Source of the DNA: Geosiphon pyriformis uo1
Lineage: Eukaryota; Fungi; Glomeromycota
Length of the DNA: 64,000 nt
Assembly: GCA_016748015.1 (NCBI GenBank)
Contig: JAAOMT010000289.1
Location: forward strand, 760,470-824,469
Direction of reading: 5' to 3'
Shown: piece after piece, positions 42,046 to 55,080 of the stretch
Layout of the letters: each line of letters begins with the position of its first letter
Position numbering within the stretch: position 1 is the first letter of the stretch
Notes under the pieces: generated by a model
The model's database searches: none
What the model was told of the DNA's origin: nothing
Seen by the model: only the letters and a program-made list of their open reading frames with translations
Position numbers and translations under genes: made by a program

Positions 42046-42169
42046 AATTTGATTTTTCAAGTTAATAACTACATATGTTTTATTTTTGGTTTATTTAATT
42101 CTTATTATTATTAATTTTTTATTATTGTAATCTTTAAGTGTTTAAAGATCTTAAATTTAATTATTATTA

Positions 42170-45100
42170 TGAATAAACTTGGTAAAATATTGTGATAAAA
42201 TTTGGTGCTTTAAATTTAGATAATAAGATTTTGAAGATCTCTATTTTAAATACTTAAGATAAGTTGTTTAATATTAGTTTTTGAAAATTTTTTGTTAGTT
42301 TTACCTATAAAGTTTTTTAGTTATAAAACACAGAAAAGTATTTGACTATTTACAGTTTAAGTGTATAAACTATTTTTTTTAAACTAGTTAAATACAGTTA
42401 TTAAGATCTGGTAGTGTTTTTTTATTTTTCTGATTTTTTTTTTTTTTTTTTATATTTTAACGAGTGAGGTCCAAACGCGACCTAGTGCTATACATCATAC
42501 AAATGATCTAAACTAGGTGCAAATCATGTGCTTTCTACACGTGACCAGCCACTCATTTCTGATAAGCTAACAAGATAATGTTAATATCTAATTCTAAGAA
42601 AAACTTACTTTTTTTACCAAATTATCATAAAGTTTATTTTCAAACAATCAATTTTTTAATGTTGTCACTCTACAAAAAAATAAAAAAAAATAAAAAATAA
42701 AATAAAAAAAATAAAAAAAAAATAAAATAAATAAAATAAAAATAAAAAAAATAAAAAAAATTAATATTATTAATTACTATAATCAAAAATAATTGGTTTA
42801 AGTTGTTATTTATTTAAGACATTTTATGCTAAGAGCATCTGGCCAGAAATAAAAGTAAAAGAATAAGTAATTTGGTTTAAACATAAAATTCATAAATCAT
42901 AGATAAGTAATTTTTGGTTTCAAATATTTCTTTTATTTAAAATAATATAGATATATAAATAAGATAGATTTAATAAATATGAGTAAAGAATATATTTTTT
43001 TTGTCTTTTTTTTATTGCTAAAACTACTTATTTTTATACATATTTTTAATTATATATGATTGTTTTTTAATTATTTATTATTACTAACTATTATTTACTA
43101 CTTCTGTTGTTACTTTATTTTTTTATACTGTAACTAGTTATTTTATGTTATGATTAGTTATTTTATGCTATTTTATATTATTGTATTATCTTGTATTATT
43201 TTAAGTTATAATATGTTATTCTGTGTTATTTTGTATTATTACATTTTTTTATGTTATTTTATTTCCTAATCATGTTTTTTCAATATTTTTTGGATTTATT
43301 TTTTCTATTTAGGTAATATTATCTTTCTCTTTTAAAATTGAGCTTCTGTAAAATCATATATATCTGTGAAAATTGTTCTTTTAATATAGTGTTTAATTAT
43401 TGTATTAAGTATTGTTTTAAGTTTATGGCTGGTTGTTTTTTTTTGTTAGAGTGGCCAATAGATTATAAGATAGTAATTACATTTGAGAATATAGTGATTA
43501 ATTTATTTAAAGGTAATACTAATAGTTATGTCTAAAAAAAAGTGCTTCTGCTGGTTTTATTGGCTACTGAAATAAGATTTTCAAACAATAATTCATATTT
43601 TCTTAGAGATTTAATTCAAATATTTTGGTTATAATCCTAAAGGTACAAAGTTCTAGAAGTTTTTGAATGTGTTTTTATGAGTTAGTTAAACAGAATTTTG
43701 TTTTTAGAGATCTGATAATATAAAAAAGTTGTTGATAAAAAAAGCCTTAATTTTTTGTTAACTGTGAATTGAATTTTTTTTGTATAGCTGGTGTATTTTT
43801 GTCTTTAGATTTGAATTTTTTGGAATTGAATCTTAATGGTTGTTTTTTTTATTTAAAAGTACTATTTGCTAATATATTTCTAAGTTTTTTGATTAATTAT
43901 TAGAAAAATCTTAGCTATTGTCTATATAATAGTTAAAGTTAAATATGTTAGTAATTTTTAATAAATTTGTTTTTTAAGTTTTTCTGTGTTTATTGTTCAT
44001 TCTATTAAGTAGTCAATTTTGGTGTATATACAATGACAAAAATCACTTTTTACAGTAATAATTTCTATTAGTATTTCTAAGTCTTTTTAAAGTATTGAAA
44101 TAATGCTTTTCTGTATAATAAGTAATCTTTTTTTATAGTTTTAATAGTTGCTATTTTGGTAAATTTCTGAAATTTTTTGTCTCTGTAGATTTTATAATTT
44201 TACAAAAAGCACTAAATATTACAGATAAATTTAATAGAGTATTGTAATAATATTTTATGCTCTAAACTTGAATAATAAAAGCTTAAAGACTTTTATTTTA
44301 AATACTTAAGATAAATTGTTTGATATTAGTTTTTGAAAGTTTTTTGCTAATTTTACTCATAAAGTTCTTTAGTTATAAGACACAGAGAAGTATTTGGCTA
44401 TTTATAACTTAAGTATATGAACTATATTCTCTGAGCTAGTTAAGTATAATCACTAAGATCTGGTGGTGTTTTTTTGCTTTTCTGATAAGCTAACAAGATA
44501 ATATTAATATCTAATCTTAAAAAAAGCTTTTTTTTTTTATTAGACTGTTACAAAATTTATTCTTAAACAGTTAATTTTTCAATAATATTATTCCATAAAA
44601 AGAAAAAAAATAAAAAAATAAAAATAAAGAAAAAAAGAGAAATAAAAAAAATTAGTATTATTAATTACTGTAATTAAAAATGATTAATCTAAGTCATTAT
44701 TTATTTAAGACATTTTATATTAAAAACATCTGGCCAAGAATAAAGATAAGAAAATGAGTAATTTGGTTTAAACACAAAATTTGTAAATCATAAATAAGTG
44801 ATTTTTGGTTTTAAATATTTTTTTTATTTGAGGTAATATAAATATATAAGTAAGATAGATTTAATAGATATAAGTAAAAAATATATTTTTTATCTAACTA
44901 TTTTTTTTGTCTTTTTTTATTGCTAAAACTACTTATTTTTATATATATTTCTAGTTTTATAAAATTGCTTTTCAATTACTTGTTATTACTAGTTATTGTT
45001 TGCTATTTTTGTTGTTGCTTTATTTTTTATAATATAACTAGTTATTCTGTATTATTTTATATTATTGTATTATCTTGTATTATCTTAAGTTATAATATAT

Positions 45101-47160
45101 TATTCTGTATTATTTTGTATTATTACATTTTTTTATATTATTATATTTTCTAATCATGTTTTTTCAATATTTTTTGGATTTGTTTTTTTTTATTCAAGTA
45201 ATATTATTTCTTTTTTTTAGAATTGAGCTCCTGTGAAACCATATGTATTTGTGAAAATTGTTCTTTTGGTATAGTGTTTAATTATTGTATTAAGTATTGT
45301 TTTTTGTAAGTTTGGTTGTTTTGTTAAGCTTATGACTGATTGTTTTTTTTTGTTAAAATAGCCAATAGATTATAAGATAGCAATTATATCTGAGAGTATA
45401 GTGATTAATTTGTTTAGAAGTAATATTAATAGTTATGCCCAAAAAAAAGTGCTTTTGTTGGTTTTACTGGCTACTGAAATAAGATTTTCAAACAATAATT
45501 CATATTTTTCCAAAGATTTGGTTCAGAAATTTTGGTTATAGTCTCAATGGTACAGAGTTTTAGAAATTTTTAAAGTTTTTAATTGTGTTTTTGTAAGTTA
45601 GTTGAACAGAATTTTATTTTCAAAAATCTGATAATATAAGAGAATTGTTAGTAAAAGAAGCCTTAATTTTTTATTAACTATAAGTTAAATTTTTTCTTAT
45701 ATGATTGGTATACTCTTGTCTTCAAATTTGGATTTTTAGAGTTAAGTCTTAATAGTTATTTTTTTTTTATTTAAGAGTACTGTTTGCTAATGTATTCTTA
45801 GATTTTTTGATTAATTATTAGAAAAGTCTTAACTATTGTTTATATAATAATTGAAATTGAGTATTTTAATAATTTTTAATAAATTTGTTCTCTGAGTTTT
45901 CCTGTATTTGTTGTTTGTTTTAGTAAGTAGTCAATTTTGACATATATATAATAACAAAAATTACTCTTTGTAATAATAGTTTTTATTGATATTTTTAAGT
46001 TTTCTCTAAAATGTTAAAATAATACTTTTTTGTATAGTAAGTAATCTTTTTTTATAGTTCTAATAGTCACTATTTTGGTAAATTTCTGGGGTTTTCTATT
46101 TTTGTAAATTTTATAATCTTACAGAAAACACCAAATATTACAGGTAAACTTAGTAGAGTATTGTAATAATATTTAGTATTCTAAACTTAGATAATAGAAA
46201 CTTAAAGGCCTTTATTTTAGATACTTAAGATAAGTTATTTAATATTAATTTCTGAAGAGTTTTTACTAATTTTACTTATAAAGTTCTTTAATTATAAAGC
46301 ACAGAAAAATATTTGACTATTTATAGCTTAAATGTATAAGCTATCTTCTCTGAACTAGTCAAGTACAATTGTTAGGGTCTAGTAGTGTTTTTTTGCTTTT
46401 TTAGTAAGTTAACAAGATGATGTTAATATCTAATTTTAAGAAAAACTTCTTTTTTTACTAGGTTATTATGAAGTTTATTTCTAGACAGTTAATTTTTCAA
46501 TATTATCACTTCACAAAAAAATAAAAAAAAATAAAAAAATAAAAAAAAATAAAAAAAAGAGAAAAATAAAAATAAAAAAAATTAATATTATTAATTATTA
46601 TGATCAAAAACAATTAGTTCAAGTTATTATTTGTTCAAGGTGTTTTATATTAAGAACATTTGACCAAGAATGAAGGTAAAAGAATAAGTAATTTGGTTTA
46701 AATACAAAATTTGTGAATTATAAATAAATAATTTTTGGTTTTAAATATTTCTTTTATTTGAGATAATATAGATATATAGATAAGATAGATTTAATAAATA
46801 TGAGTAAAGAATATATTTTTTATCTAACTATTTCTTTTGTCTTTTTTTATTGCTAAAACTACTTATTTTTATACATATTTTTTGTTTTACAAAATTGTTT
46901 TTCAATTATTTGTTATTACTAGTTATTACTTGCTATTTCTGTTATTGCTTTGTTTTTTTATATTGTAACTAGTTATTTTATATTATAACTAATTATTTTG
47001 TGCTATTTTATATTATTGTGTTATCTTATATTATCTTAAATTATAATATATTATTTTGTGTTATTTCATGTTATCATGTTTTTCTATATTATTACGTTTC
47101 CTAATTACATTTTTTCAATATTTTTTAGATTTGTTTTTTTTACTTAGATAATATTGTTTT
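42170..47160. repeat. Tandem repeat, ~1.92 kb unit, about 2.6 copies, each with an A-rich tract; possibly retrotransposon-derived
   Basis: Anchor TACTTAAGATAA at 42251, 44303 and 46222. Spacing is 2052 (includes a 129-bp insertion) and 1919. Confidence 0.9.
42434..42555 (-). mobile_element. Very short LINE 3'-end insertion with poly(A) and 7-bp TSD TTTCTGA
   Basis: Nearly identical to 3915-4035. TSD at 42427-42433 and 42556-42562. The empty site is visible in the next repeat unit (~44479 tttctgataagctaacaag). Confidence 0.95.
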
Positions 47161-47169
47161 AAAAACTAA

Positions 47170-47958
47170 TATTTCACATAAATATTTTATTTTATAAAAA
47201 ATTTTTAAATATTACTGTTATAAATATTAAAATTTGAATAATTTATTTTTATAAATTTTTTTTAAGTTTGTTAATAATTTTAAGATTTTTAATTTATTTT
47301 TTATTAATATAAAGTTTTATAATAAAGCTTTTGTTTTTTTAATTTTTATTATTATTATATTTTTAACTGTTTTTGTTATTAGTTTTGTAATTAATTTTAA
47401 ACTAAATTTTTTGGAATCTTAAATTTTTAATTTGGCTGTTTTGATTAAGTTAGTTATTAAACTAATTGGTTTTTTAATTATTTTAATTATTTTTCTTTTG
47501 GCTAAAAATATATGCAAAAACTTTAAAATAAAAAAAATTAATTATTATTAAAAACTTTATTGGTTTTTTAGTTAATTTGTTTAAAAACTTTGCTAATATT
47601 AAAATTAAAATAAAATTTAATAACATAAATAAAAATTATATAAGTATTATTAAAGTATTTTTTTTGAATAATAAAATTATTAATTATTTAGTGGTTTTAT
47701 AATAAATAATATTAAGTATAATATTAAAAAAACCAAATTTTTATTAAGTAAATTTATTTTTAATAGTCAAAATTTAAATAATTTTATTGTTAAATTTTAT
47801 AAATTAGATTTTTTTTTGGCTTTTTTTAATTTAACTTAATTTGTTTAATTAACTTAAATAATTAGTTATATATAAAAAGTATGTAATTTATATCTAATTA
47901 GATTTTGTTTTAAATATATTGTATTAAATATTAATTAGATTATATTTTATTAAAAAAA
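47170..47958 (+). mobile_element. Degenerate 3' part of the ORF1-only element
   Basis: ~47430 atttggctgttttgattaagttagttattaaactaattggttttt aligns to ~41488 atttggctgctttggtaaagtctattattgagtctgttggctttt. ~47740 ttattaagtaaatttatttttaatagtcaaaattta aligns to the LSEFIFDSRNL coding stretch. A-tail at ~47952. Confidence 0.7.
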
Positions 47959-48794
47959 ATTATTATTATTATTAATTTTTTGTTTTAGTCTTAAAAATAT
48001 TTTTAGTTAATTATTTTACTGTTTTTTATTATTATTATTTACAATTATAAAATTAAAACATTTATAGTTTATGTTTATTTATATTTATATTTATATATAT
48101 AGTTAATCAATAAATAAATATATATAAAAATTCAATTTGAATATAATTTTGTTTTTTAAATTAGTATTATAAGATTATTAATTTTATTGTAATTAATTAT
48201 TTTAATATAATTAATAATTATATATTTTTTAAAAAAATTTTATATAAAAGTTATATTAAATCTATTTATTATAATAAATAAAAAATTTTTAATTTTTAAT
48301 ATTTTTTTTATATATTAAATTAATTATTTTTTTAAATATTGGTTTTTTAAAATTGTTAAAATTATTTATTTTATGTAATAAAAATACTGTTATCAATGAT
48401 TAATTTTAAATAAAAAACATTTTTATAAACTATAATTAATATTTAAAATTTTTAAAAACTTTAATAAATTTAATAATTAACAATAATTTTTTAAAAATTA
48501 GCTTAAAATCAAAATTTTATTAATAAATTATAAAAATTATTTTAATTAAACTAAAATAACTAATTACATATAGTTTATTATATAATTTATATTTAATATA
48601 TGATAATTGTATTGTATAATAATAATTAGTAATTAAATTATAGCAAATATATAAAAATAAATAAATAAAATTGTAAAATTTTTTAAAATACAAAAAAAAA
48701 TTTTATTAGAAATTTAATAAAAAATTAATATATATATTTTATATTTTAATAAAATATGATTTAATAATTATTTAATAAATAAAATATAATAATT

Positions 48795-51080
48795 TTTTTT
48801 TATTTAAAAGTTTAATGAATATTAGTTTAATTACTATTTAAAAGTTAAAAATAAACTAAATATTTTAATATTAAATATAGTTTACATACTTTTTATATAT
48901 AATCAATTATTTAAACCAGTTTAAGTTATACTATATTGATACTCTAGAAAAAAACTTATTTAAAGACAATATTCTTTGAATAATTTCAAATAATATAGTA
49001 CTATTACTAACTAATCTAATCAACTATTTGACTGTTTTTAAAACATTAAACTTAATACTAATATATTTATGTTTTTATAGTTAATATTAAATTAGAAAAC
49101 ATATTATCATTAATAATAGATAAATCTATGTGAAAATTAAACATATTAATATTTTTATAGTCATGCTTAATTTTTAATACAACTACTTTATTCCAACTTA
49201 TTAACTATTTTGCTAAAAATACTTATATGTATCAAAATTTTATTGACTTTAAAGCCAAGTATACTACTTAAAACCAGATTATTATTAATAAATTATTCAA
49301 GCACAACAACCAAAAATCTGACTGGTTTAATAATAGATTTAATCAGAACAAAAAGCTTGACCAAATCAAATTTCAAAAAGACCAACTGAAAAAAAACTGC
49401 AAAAACATTAGCCAACATATTAGTAAAAAAAGCAAAGCCAATTAGAAAGCTAAAAACTAAAAAAAAACACAAAAACAACAGCCTTGGTATAAGACTTAAT
49501 ATCAACAAAACAAGGCATAAAAGCTTTAGAATTTTTGAAAAGAGAAGATAAAAACACTTTATAATTAACAGCTAAATAGTTTAAGACTTAATACTTAAAG
49601 CAGTATTAATATCAAAAAGTTTTTTACTAGATACAATATTTCTTTAAAGTACCAGTTTTAACAATAGCAACATTCAAATTACTTTATAAGTTAAATATAA
49701 TTAGATTAAACTAAAAACAATAACCAAAATTAAATAAACAAAGAATAAAACAAGTTTGATTACCAACTTAAAAAATTATATCACTGATTTTATAGACAAT
49801 ATAGCCAAAAAAAAATTTACCAACTTGGTTTTTAACTTATTATAAGACAGAATAGTTTTATTTTAATTTATAAAAGAAAAAATTTTAATATTATTTTTGT
49901 TTAACAAAATTAACCAATAATTCAAAGCAAATGCAATAGCATTTAAAATTTTGAAGTAAATTACTACATATTACCAAATGCTAGCTGGCTTTAATACAAC
50001 ATAAAAAATCTTATCAAACACACTAAAAACTATCTTAATATTAGCAACAGATATACTTAAAAACATATTATACAATATAATAATAACAAAAAAAAACCAA
50101 ATTCAGAAATCACCAAAAATTTGGCAATTTTAAGAGTGATCAAGTAAACAAAACTTGTAAATTCAACCAAAAATACAGTTTTTAAAGATTTCTGTAAAGT
50201 AAATTCCATACAAAAAAGTTTTATATTGTCTTTTAATATTGATTTTATATTCAAAAAACCATATATAAATTAGAAAACAGTCTTAATATAAGCCAATTTA
50301 ATTTTAAAAATAACACTAAGTATCAAAGTAAAGATTATTTACTCAGCAAACTTTTAATAACTAGTAATAGTTTTTCAAGTATTATCAATAGCAATACCAG
50401 AAACCAAAAAAGAAATTAAATCAGTTTTTATTTAATTAATCTATTTTTTAAGAATAGATAATTCAACAGAAGACTATTGTTTTACTTTTAAAACCAATAA
50501 TTATCTATCAAAAAATACTATATTTAGCAATATAACTTATAATTAATCTTAGTCTATCTTAGATAATAGACTGAATAATACAATAGAGATTTTATTTAAG
50601 ATTTTATTAGTAACCACAAAAGAATTTAGTGTAACAATAACAGAGATAAGCAACTGTTTTCATTTTTTTGAGTTTTTGGTCTTTTTGACCATTTTTTTAA
50701 AAAAATAGTACTAAAAATACCAAATGTAAAGACTATAGAAAAAAAAATTAACTTGTTAATTAGTTTGTTATTAAAAACTTTTAAGTTTTTGAAAAGAGTA
50801 AAGAAAACATTAAGATTAATTCAAGTGTATTTTTTTGAAAAAACTTTGACTGGTAAAAAACCAGTCAAAGATAAAAAAATTGTTTCAATGATTATCAAAA
50901 ACAGTTTTTATTATTACTAGTTAAAAAAAGCTTTTAAAATATTTTGCTTAACTGTTTTTACAACAAAGAAAACTTTTTTAGTTAAAACTTTGTAAGATAC
51001 CAAAGATAAAGTACCAATAGTAACTTTTTTATTTTTTGCTTTAGTTATAGTCATAAAATTAAGAAAACAAAAAGTTTTTT
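48795..51080 (-). mobile_element. Second full-length, degenerate copy of the ORF1-only element
   Basis: 5' end aaaaaaactttttgttttcttaattttatgac matches ~39764. ORF 50057-50254 (KSILKDNIKLFCMEF) matches 40596-41225. Decayed 3' UTR and A-tail near 48795-48940. Same ~2.3 kb length. Confidence 0.85.
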
Positions 51081-51370
51081 TAAAATATATAATAATAAAT
51101 ATCTAAATTAAATATAATTTACATATTTTTTACATATAATCAATTATCTAAGCCAATTAAAACTATATTTTATTTAATTTATAAAAGTAAACTTATATAA
51201 AACAATTATTTTTTGCATAATAATAATTAAACTAATATTATTAAAAACCAAATTAATTAATTATATAGCAGTTTTATTTGTATTAAACTTATTATTAAAA
51301 GTTTAAAGTTTTTAAAAAATTATTATTTTAATAAAATATTTTTATTAACAAAAAAACTCAAATTAATATT

Positions 51371-52360
51371 TTTTATTATTATTATTTAATGAGTAAAATT
51401 CAACTGCTATCTAATACATAAAACCAAACTAAATGACTTAAACTAAATATGATTTATATTTTTGTTAAATATAATCAATTACTCAAACCAAACAAGACAA
51501 CATTAAACATTTATATTAATATTTATATTATTATTCAAACCAGAAAAAAAAAAGCACAGCTTGAATCAATTAAAACTAACCACAAAAAATTTTATAATAC
51601 CAAGCAATTAAATCACTCTATTAAATAATATAAATATTATATTACAAGACAAATCTAATACCAAACTATTATTTCTGATCAATCTATTTTTTTTTATATT
51701 TATACTATATTTAGATCTTATAAATTATATCTTAATATAATATAATTTTACTAGTTGTTTTATATATTTAACAATAGTAGAAGCAGTTTTTTTTTTTATC
51801 AAAAACTATAACAGCACAAATTTTTTGTAAAATATTATATATAAACTTATATTTAAAGAATATTTAAAAAATGTCTACAAAACAGCAGAAAAAAATCAGT
51901 TACAAGCATCTACTAAAAAAACCTATTGTTTAAAAGTGTTTGCTAAAATTTTTTCTTAAATATTATTATTTTTAATACAAGTAAAGATATAATCTAAAAA
52001 TTCTATTTTATTATACAGCAAACACAGCATATTTGAATATGTTTTATTATATAATCTCTTTTTAATTACTATTAGCAGTTATTTATGTATTATTTTTATT
52101 AAGTACATACACAAATTGGCAGATTTTTTACCAGTAAATTCAGAAAACATATGTAAATCAGAGTACTAAATCTTTACAGTAATTGACTAATTTATCTTTC
52201 TAATAATTATACTTAAAATTACATTATAATCAAGACTAGTCTTCTATTAAGCACAACAAATAAACTTGCACAAATTATGAATAAAATAATAAGCATTACT
52301 AAATACAGCTGTGTCTTCAGTTACTATAATATGTTCACTTATTATTAAATATATTATATA
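51371..52360 (-). mobile_element. Degenerate 5'-truncated LINE 3' portion (subfamily of the 18795 element)
   Basis: Reverse complement of the 3' UTR (caactgctatctaatacataaaaccaaactaa) at ~51400. H/YSDLHMFSEFTGKKSANL-like segment near 52110-52170. Confidence 0.75.
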
Positions 52361-52381
52361 TTTTTTTGATTAATTTATTAA

Positions 52382-52773
52382 GTGTGCTCCCTTAGTCTTG
52401 CTTTTCAGGAGAATATCTGGTTGGTTCACACTAAACATTGTGTCTATATGAAGAAGAATAAGTTGATTTTTCTTGATGGTTCAACTCCCATTTTGGTTTC
52501 TAGTTTGGTTTTAGGACTTTCTGCTGGTGTGGTTAAATTACTTGGCATTGATAAGGCTTTTGGCATGTATTTTGGCTTTTGCCAGTCTGGTTTCTTTTTT
52601 TTTGGCATAGATAATCTGGTTTCAGTTCATATAGCTGCGTAGTGTTGTTTTGATTGGCCTGAATGACTGGTTATATATAGAAAGTATATGATTCATACCT
52701 AGTATAGACTATTTCTTTGATGTATGGAACTAGACAGTGTTTGGATTTTATTCATTAAGCAATAAAAAAAAAA
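52382..52773 (+). mobile_element. 5'-truncated LINE 3' end (related to the 3915 element)
   Basis: SLAFQENIWLVHTKH..LSAGVVKLLG..VSVHIAA matches the C-terminus of ORF 4054-4806, followed by the shared 3' UTR and A-tail. Confidence 0.9.
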
Positions 52774-52926
52774 TTTTTATTAAAAAAAGCCTAAAATAAA
52801 ATTTTTATATAAAAATTAAATAATTTAAATTTTAAAATATTAATAGTTAAAAGTTTTTTATTAAATACAAATTTTTATTAAAAAACTAATTTTAATAATA
52901 ATATTATTTAATTTAACTTAAAAACC

Positions 52927-52966
<40 letters not shown>
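52927..52966. repeat. (AAT)n microsatellite
   Basis: Direct reading. Confidence 0.9.
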
Positions 52967-52969
52967 TAT

Positions 52970-54333
52970 CTTAATTATAAAATAAAATTAAAAAACAAAA
53001 AAATAAAACAATTAATAATTATATATTTAAAAAACCAATTTATTAATTTTTAAAAAAGTACAACCAGAAAAAAATTATTATTTGACTTTAAAATATTTTT
53101 TAAAATAATAATTTCTTTTTAATTTAAAAAAAATTTTAATATTGTTTTTTTTTACAAAAACTAATTAATAAGTTATAATATTTAAAAACATATGTAATTT
53201 GAAATATACAATATTATATTATTATTATTTAACAAATTTTAACTGAATTTAAAAGATTTTACCAAAAATATTTATAGTATTTTTGATATTATAAAAAGCA
53301 ATAACAACAAAAACAGAATCAAAATCAGATATTATAAAAGATTTTACAATTTTAAAAATAATAAAAAAAGTAAATTAATAGACTTAATCTGTATAATAAT
53401 ATTTAAAAAAGATTAAAATACAAATTTTACACAGAAAAATTTAATATTGTCTTTAGTAATCAATTTTAAACCAAGAAAATTATGTAAAAATTAGAATATA
53501 AACCAGTTTAATTTTAGCAGTTTTATTAAAAATTACGTAAAAACCACATATCTAAATAATTAATAATAATTTATTAAAATTAACAGTATTTTTAGAAAAA
53601 AAAAAGAAAAAATGTTTTGGGTTTTATTTAATTAATTTAGTTCTTAAAATTAAATAGTTTAATAAATTAATTAATTAAAGTTAAATGCAAAAATATAACT
53701 TGTTTAGCTTTTAAAATTGAAAAAAATTAACCAAAATTTAATGTATTAAGCAATTTAGTTATATATTAATCAAAGCCAATTATAATATTCAATTTTAATT
53801 TGGTTGTAAACAATAATTTTTGTTATTTAAATAATAATAATAGCAATATATTTACTAAAATTAGGACAATTATAACAAAGCTGGTATAAACACCAAAAAA
53901 AAAATAAAGCCAATTTTTTATTTTTTACAAAAGAAAAACCGACTTTAATGTAAAAGTAATGTTTTTTATTTCTTTGGTTTTTCTGGCCATTTAAGCAGAT
54001 GTCAAAAAAAGTCACAAAAAAGAAAAATAGCTTGGCTATCAATTAGCTATTGAAGATTTTTAGACTTTTTATGGCAATAGCAAAAATAACTTTGGGTGGA
54101 GAAAGGCTTTTACTTAAAACCAAAAATAGTTTTTTTTTGCAGTAGTCAAAGACTGTTTTATCTCAATATTACTTAAAAAAAACACTTTAAAAAAATGCTG
54201 TTTAGTTATTTCTACTTTTGAGAGAGCTTCTTAAGTATTAAAACAATTAAAAACAACAAAAAAATAGGGTTTGCCTCTTTTTTTACTCTTTGCTCTAAGT
54301 GTGGTCATAAAAATACAAAAGAAAAAAGGATTC
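52970..54333 (-). mobile_element. 5' portion of a third, divergent ORF1-only-type element
   Basis: Start MTTLRAKSKK (ATG ~54308) compared with MTTNRAKSKK at 39791. Decayed KDNIKFFCVKF at ~53420-53455 and ttctggttgtact (SGCT) at ~53060. Confidence 0.7.
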
Positions 54334-54336
54334 TAA

Positions 54337-54338
<2 letters not shown>

Positions 54339-54368
<30 letters not shown>
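54339..54368. repeat. (TTA)n microsatellite
   Basis: Direct reading. Confidence 0.9.
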
Positions 54369-54369
<1 letters not shown>

Positions 54370-55080
54370 AGATAAAGGTACAATAGTGTACCTTATTTTT
54401 AAGCAATAAAAAAAATTGTAAAATCTAACCAATTTATTGGTAAAATTTATTAAAAATAATTTTATTGAATATAGATTAAAAATAAGAAGTGAAAAATATT
54501 ATTAAATACAATATTAATATTTACAATTTAAATAGGAAAAAACAACATTAATTTTATCAATAGCAACGAAATTTTCTAATAAGTTTTCTTAGGTTACTTA
54601 TACTCATTCCATGCAACGATTTTAATTGTTTGTAACAGTCAAAGCCTCTGAATTCACAAGTATAATTAGCAAGGAATTAGGTTTATTTAAAAAAATTTGT
54701 ATTCATGAATTTTTCTCTGATTAAAATTTATATTCTTTGATAAGTGAAGTTTGATCTTTTGAATGGTGGTGACTCTTGCATCTGACAAAAAAGTATTTGG
54801 TTGACATTGGCCATTTGGAATAAACGTAAAAGATTATACGAATTAAGAATGGTTGAGCTTATTTGTTTAATTTAAGGTAGCGAAATTTGAAACAAGTTTT
54901 TTCGAATTGTTATTTCAAAATTGATAAATGAAATGGCGGAGTTCTCAGTAATAGGTTATATTTTTATTTCCCTAAAATCTATATAAACTATTCCAGTTAT
55001 AATAGTATTCTATTTCTCGCATGGTCTTCTTTCTTTAAAATCAAACATAATGAATTTTATTTTATATCAAAATTCAATCG

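Noticed and set aside
44920-45153. Hydrophobic 'membrane protein' ORFs (also 43338, 38349, 29656, 53827)
   Set aside because: Compositional artefacts of AT-rich, mostly decayed-repeat DNA.
42170-47160. CRISPR array or rDNA-like tandem unit
   Set aside because: There is no short repeat-spacer periodicity and no rRNA-like sequence, and the context is eukaryotic.
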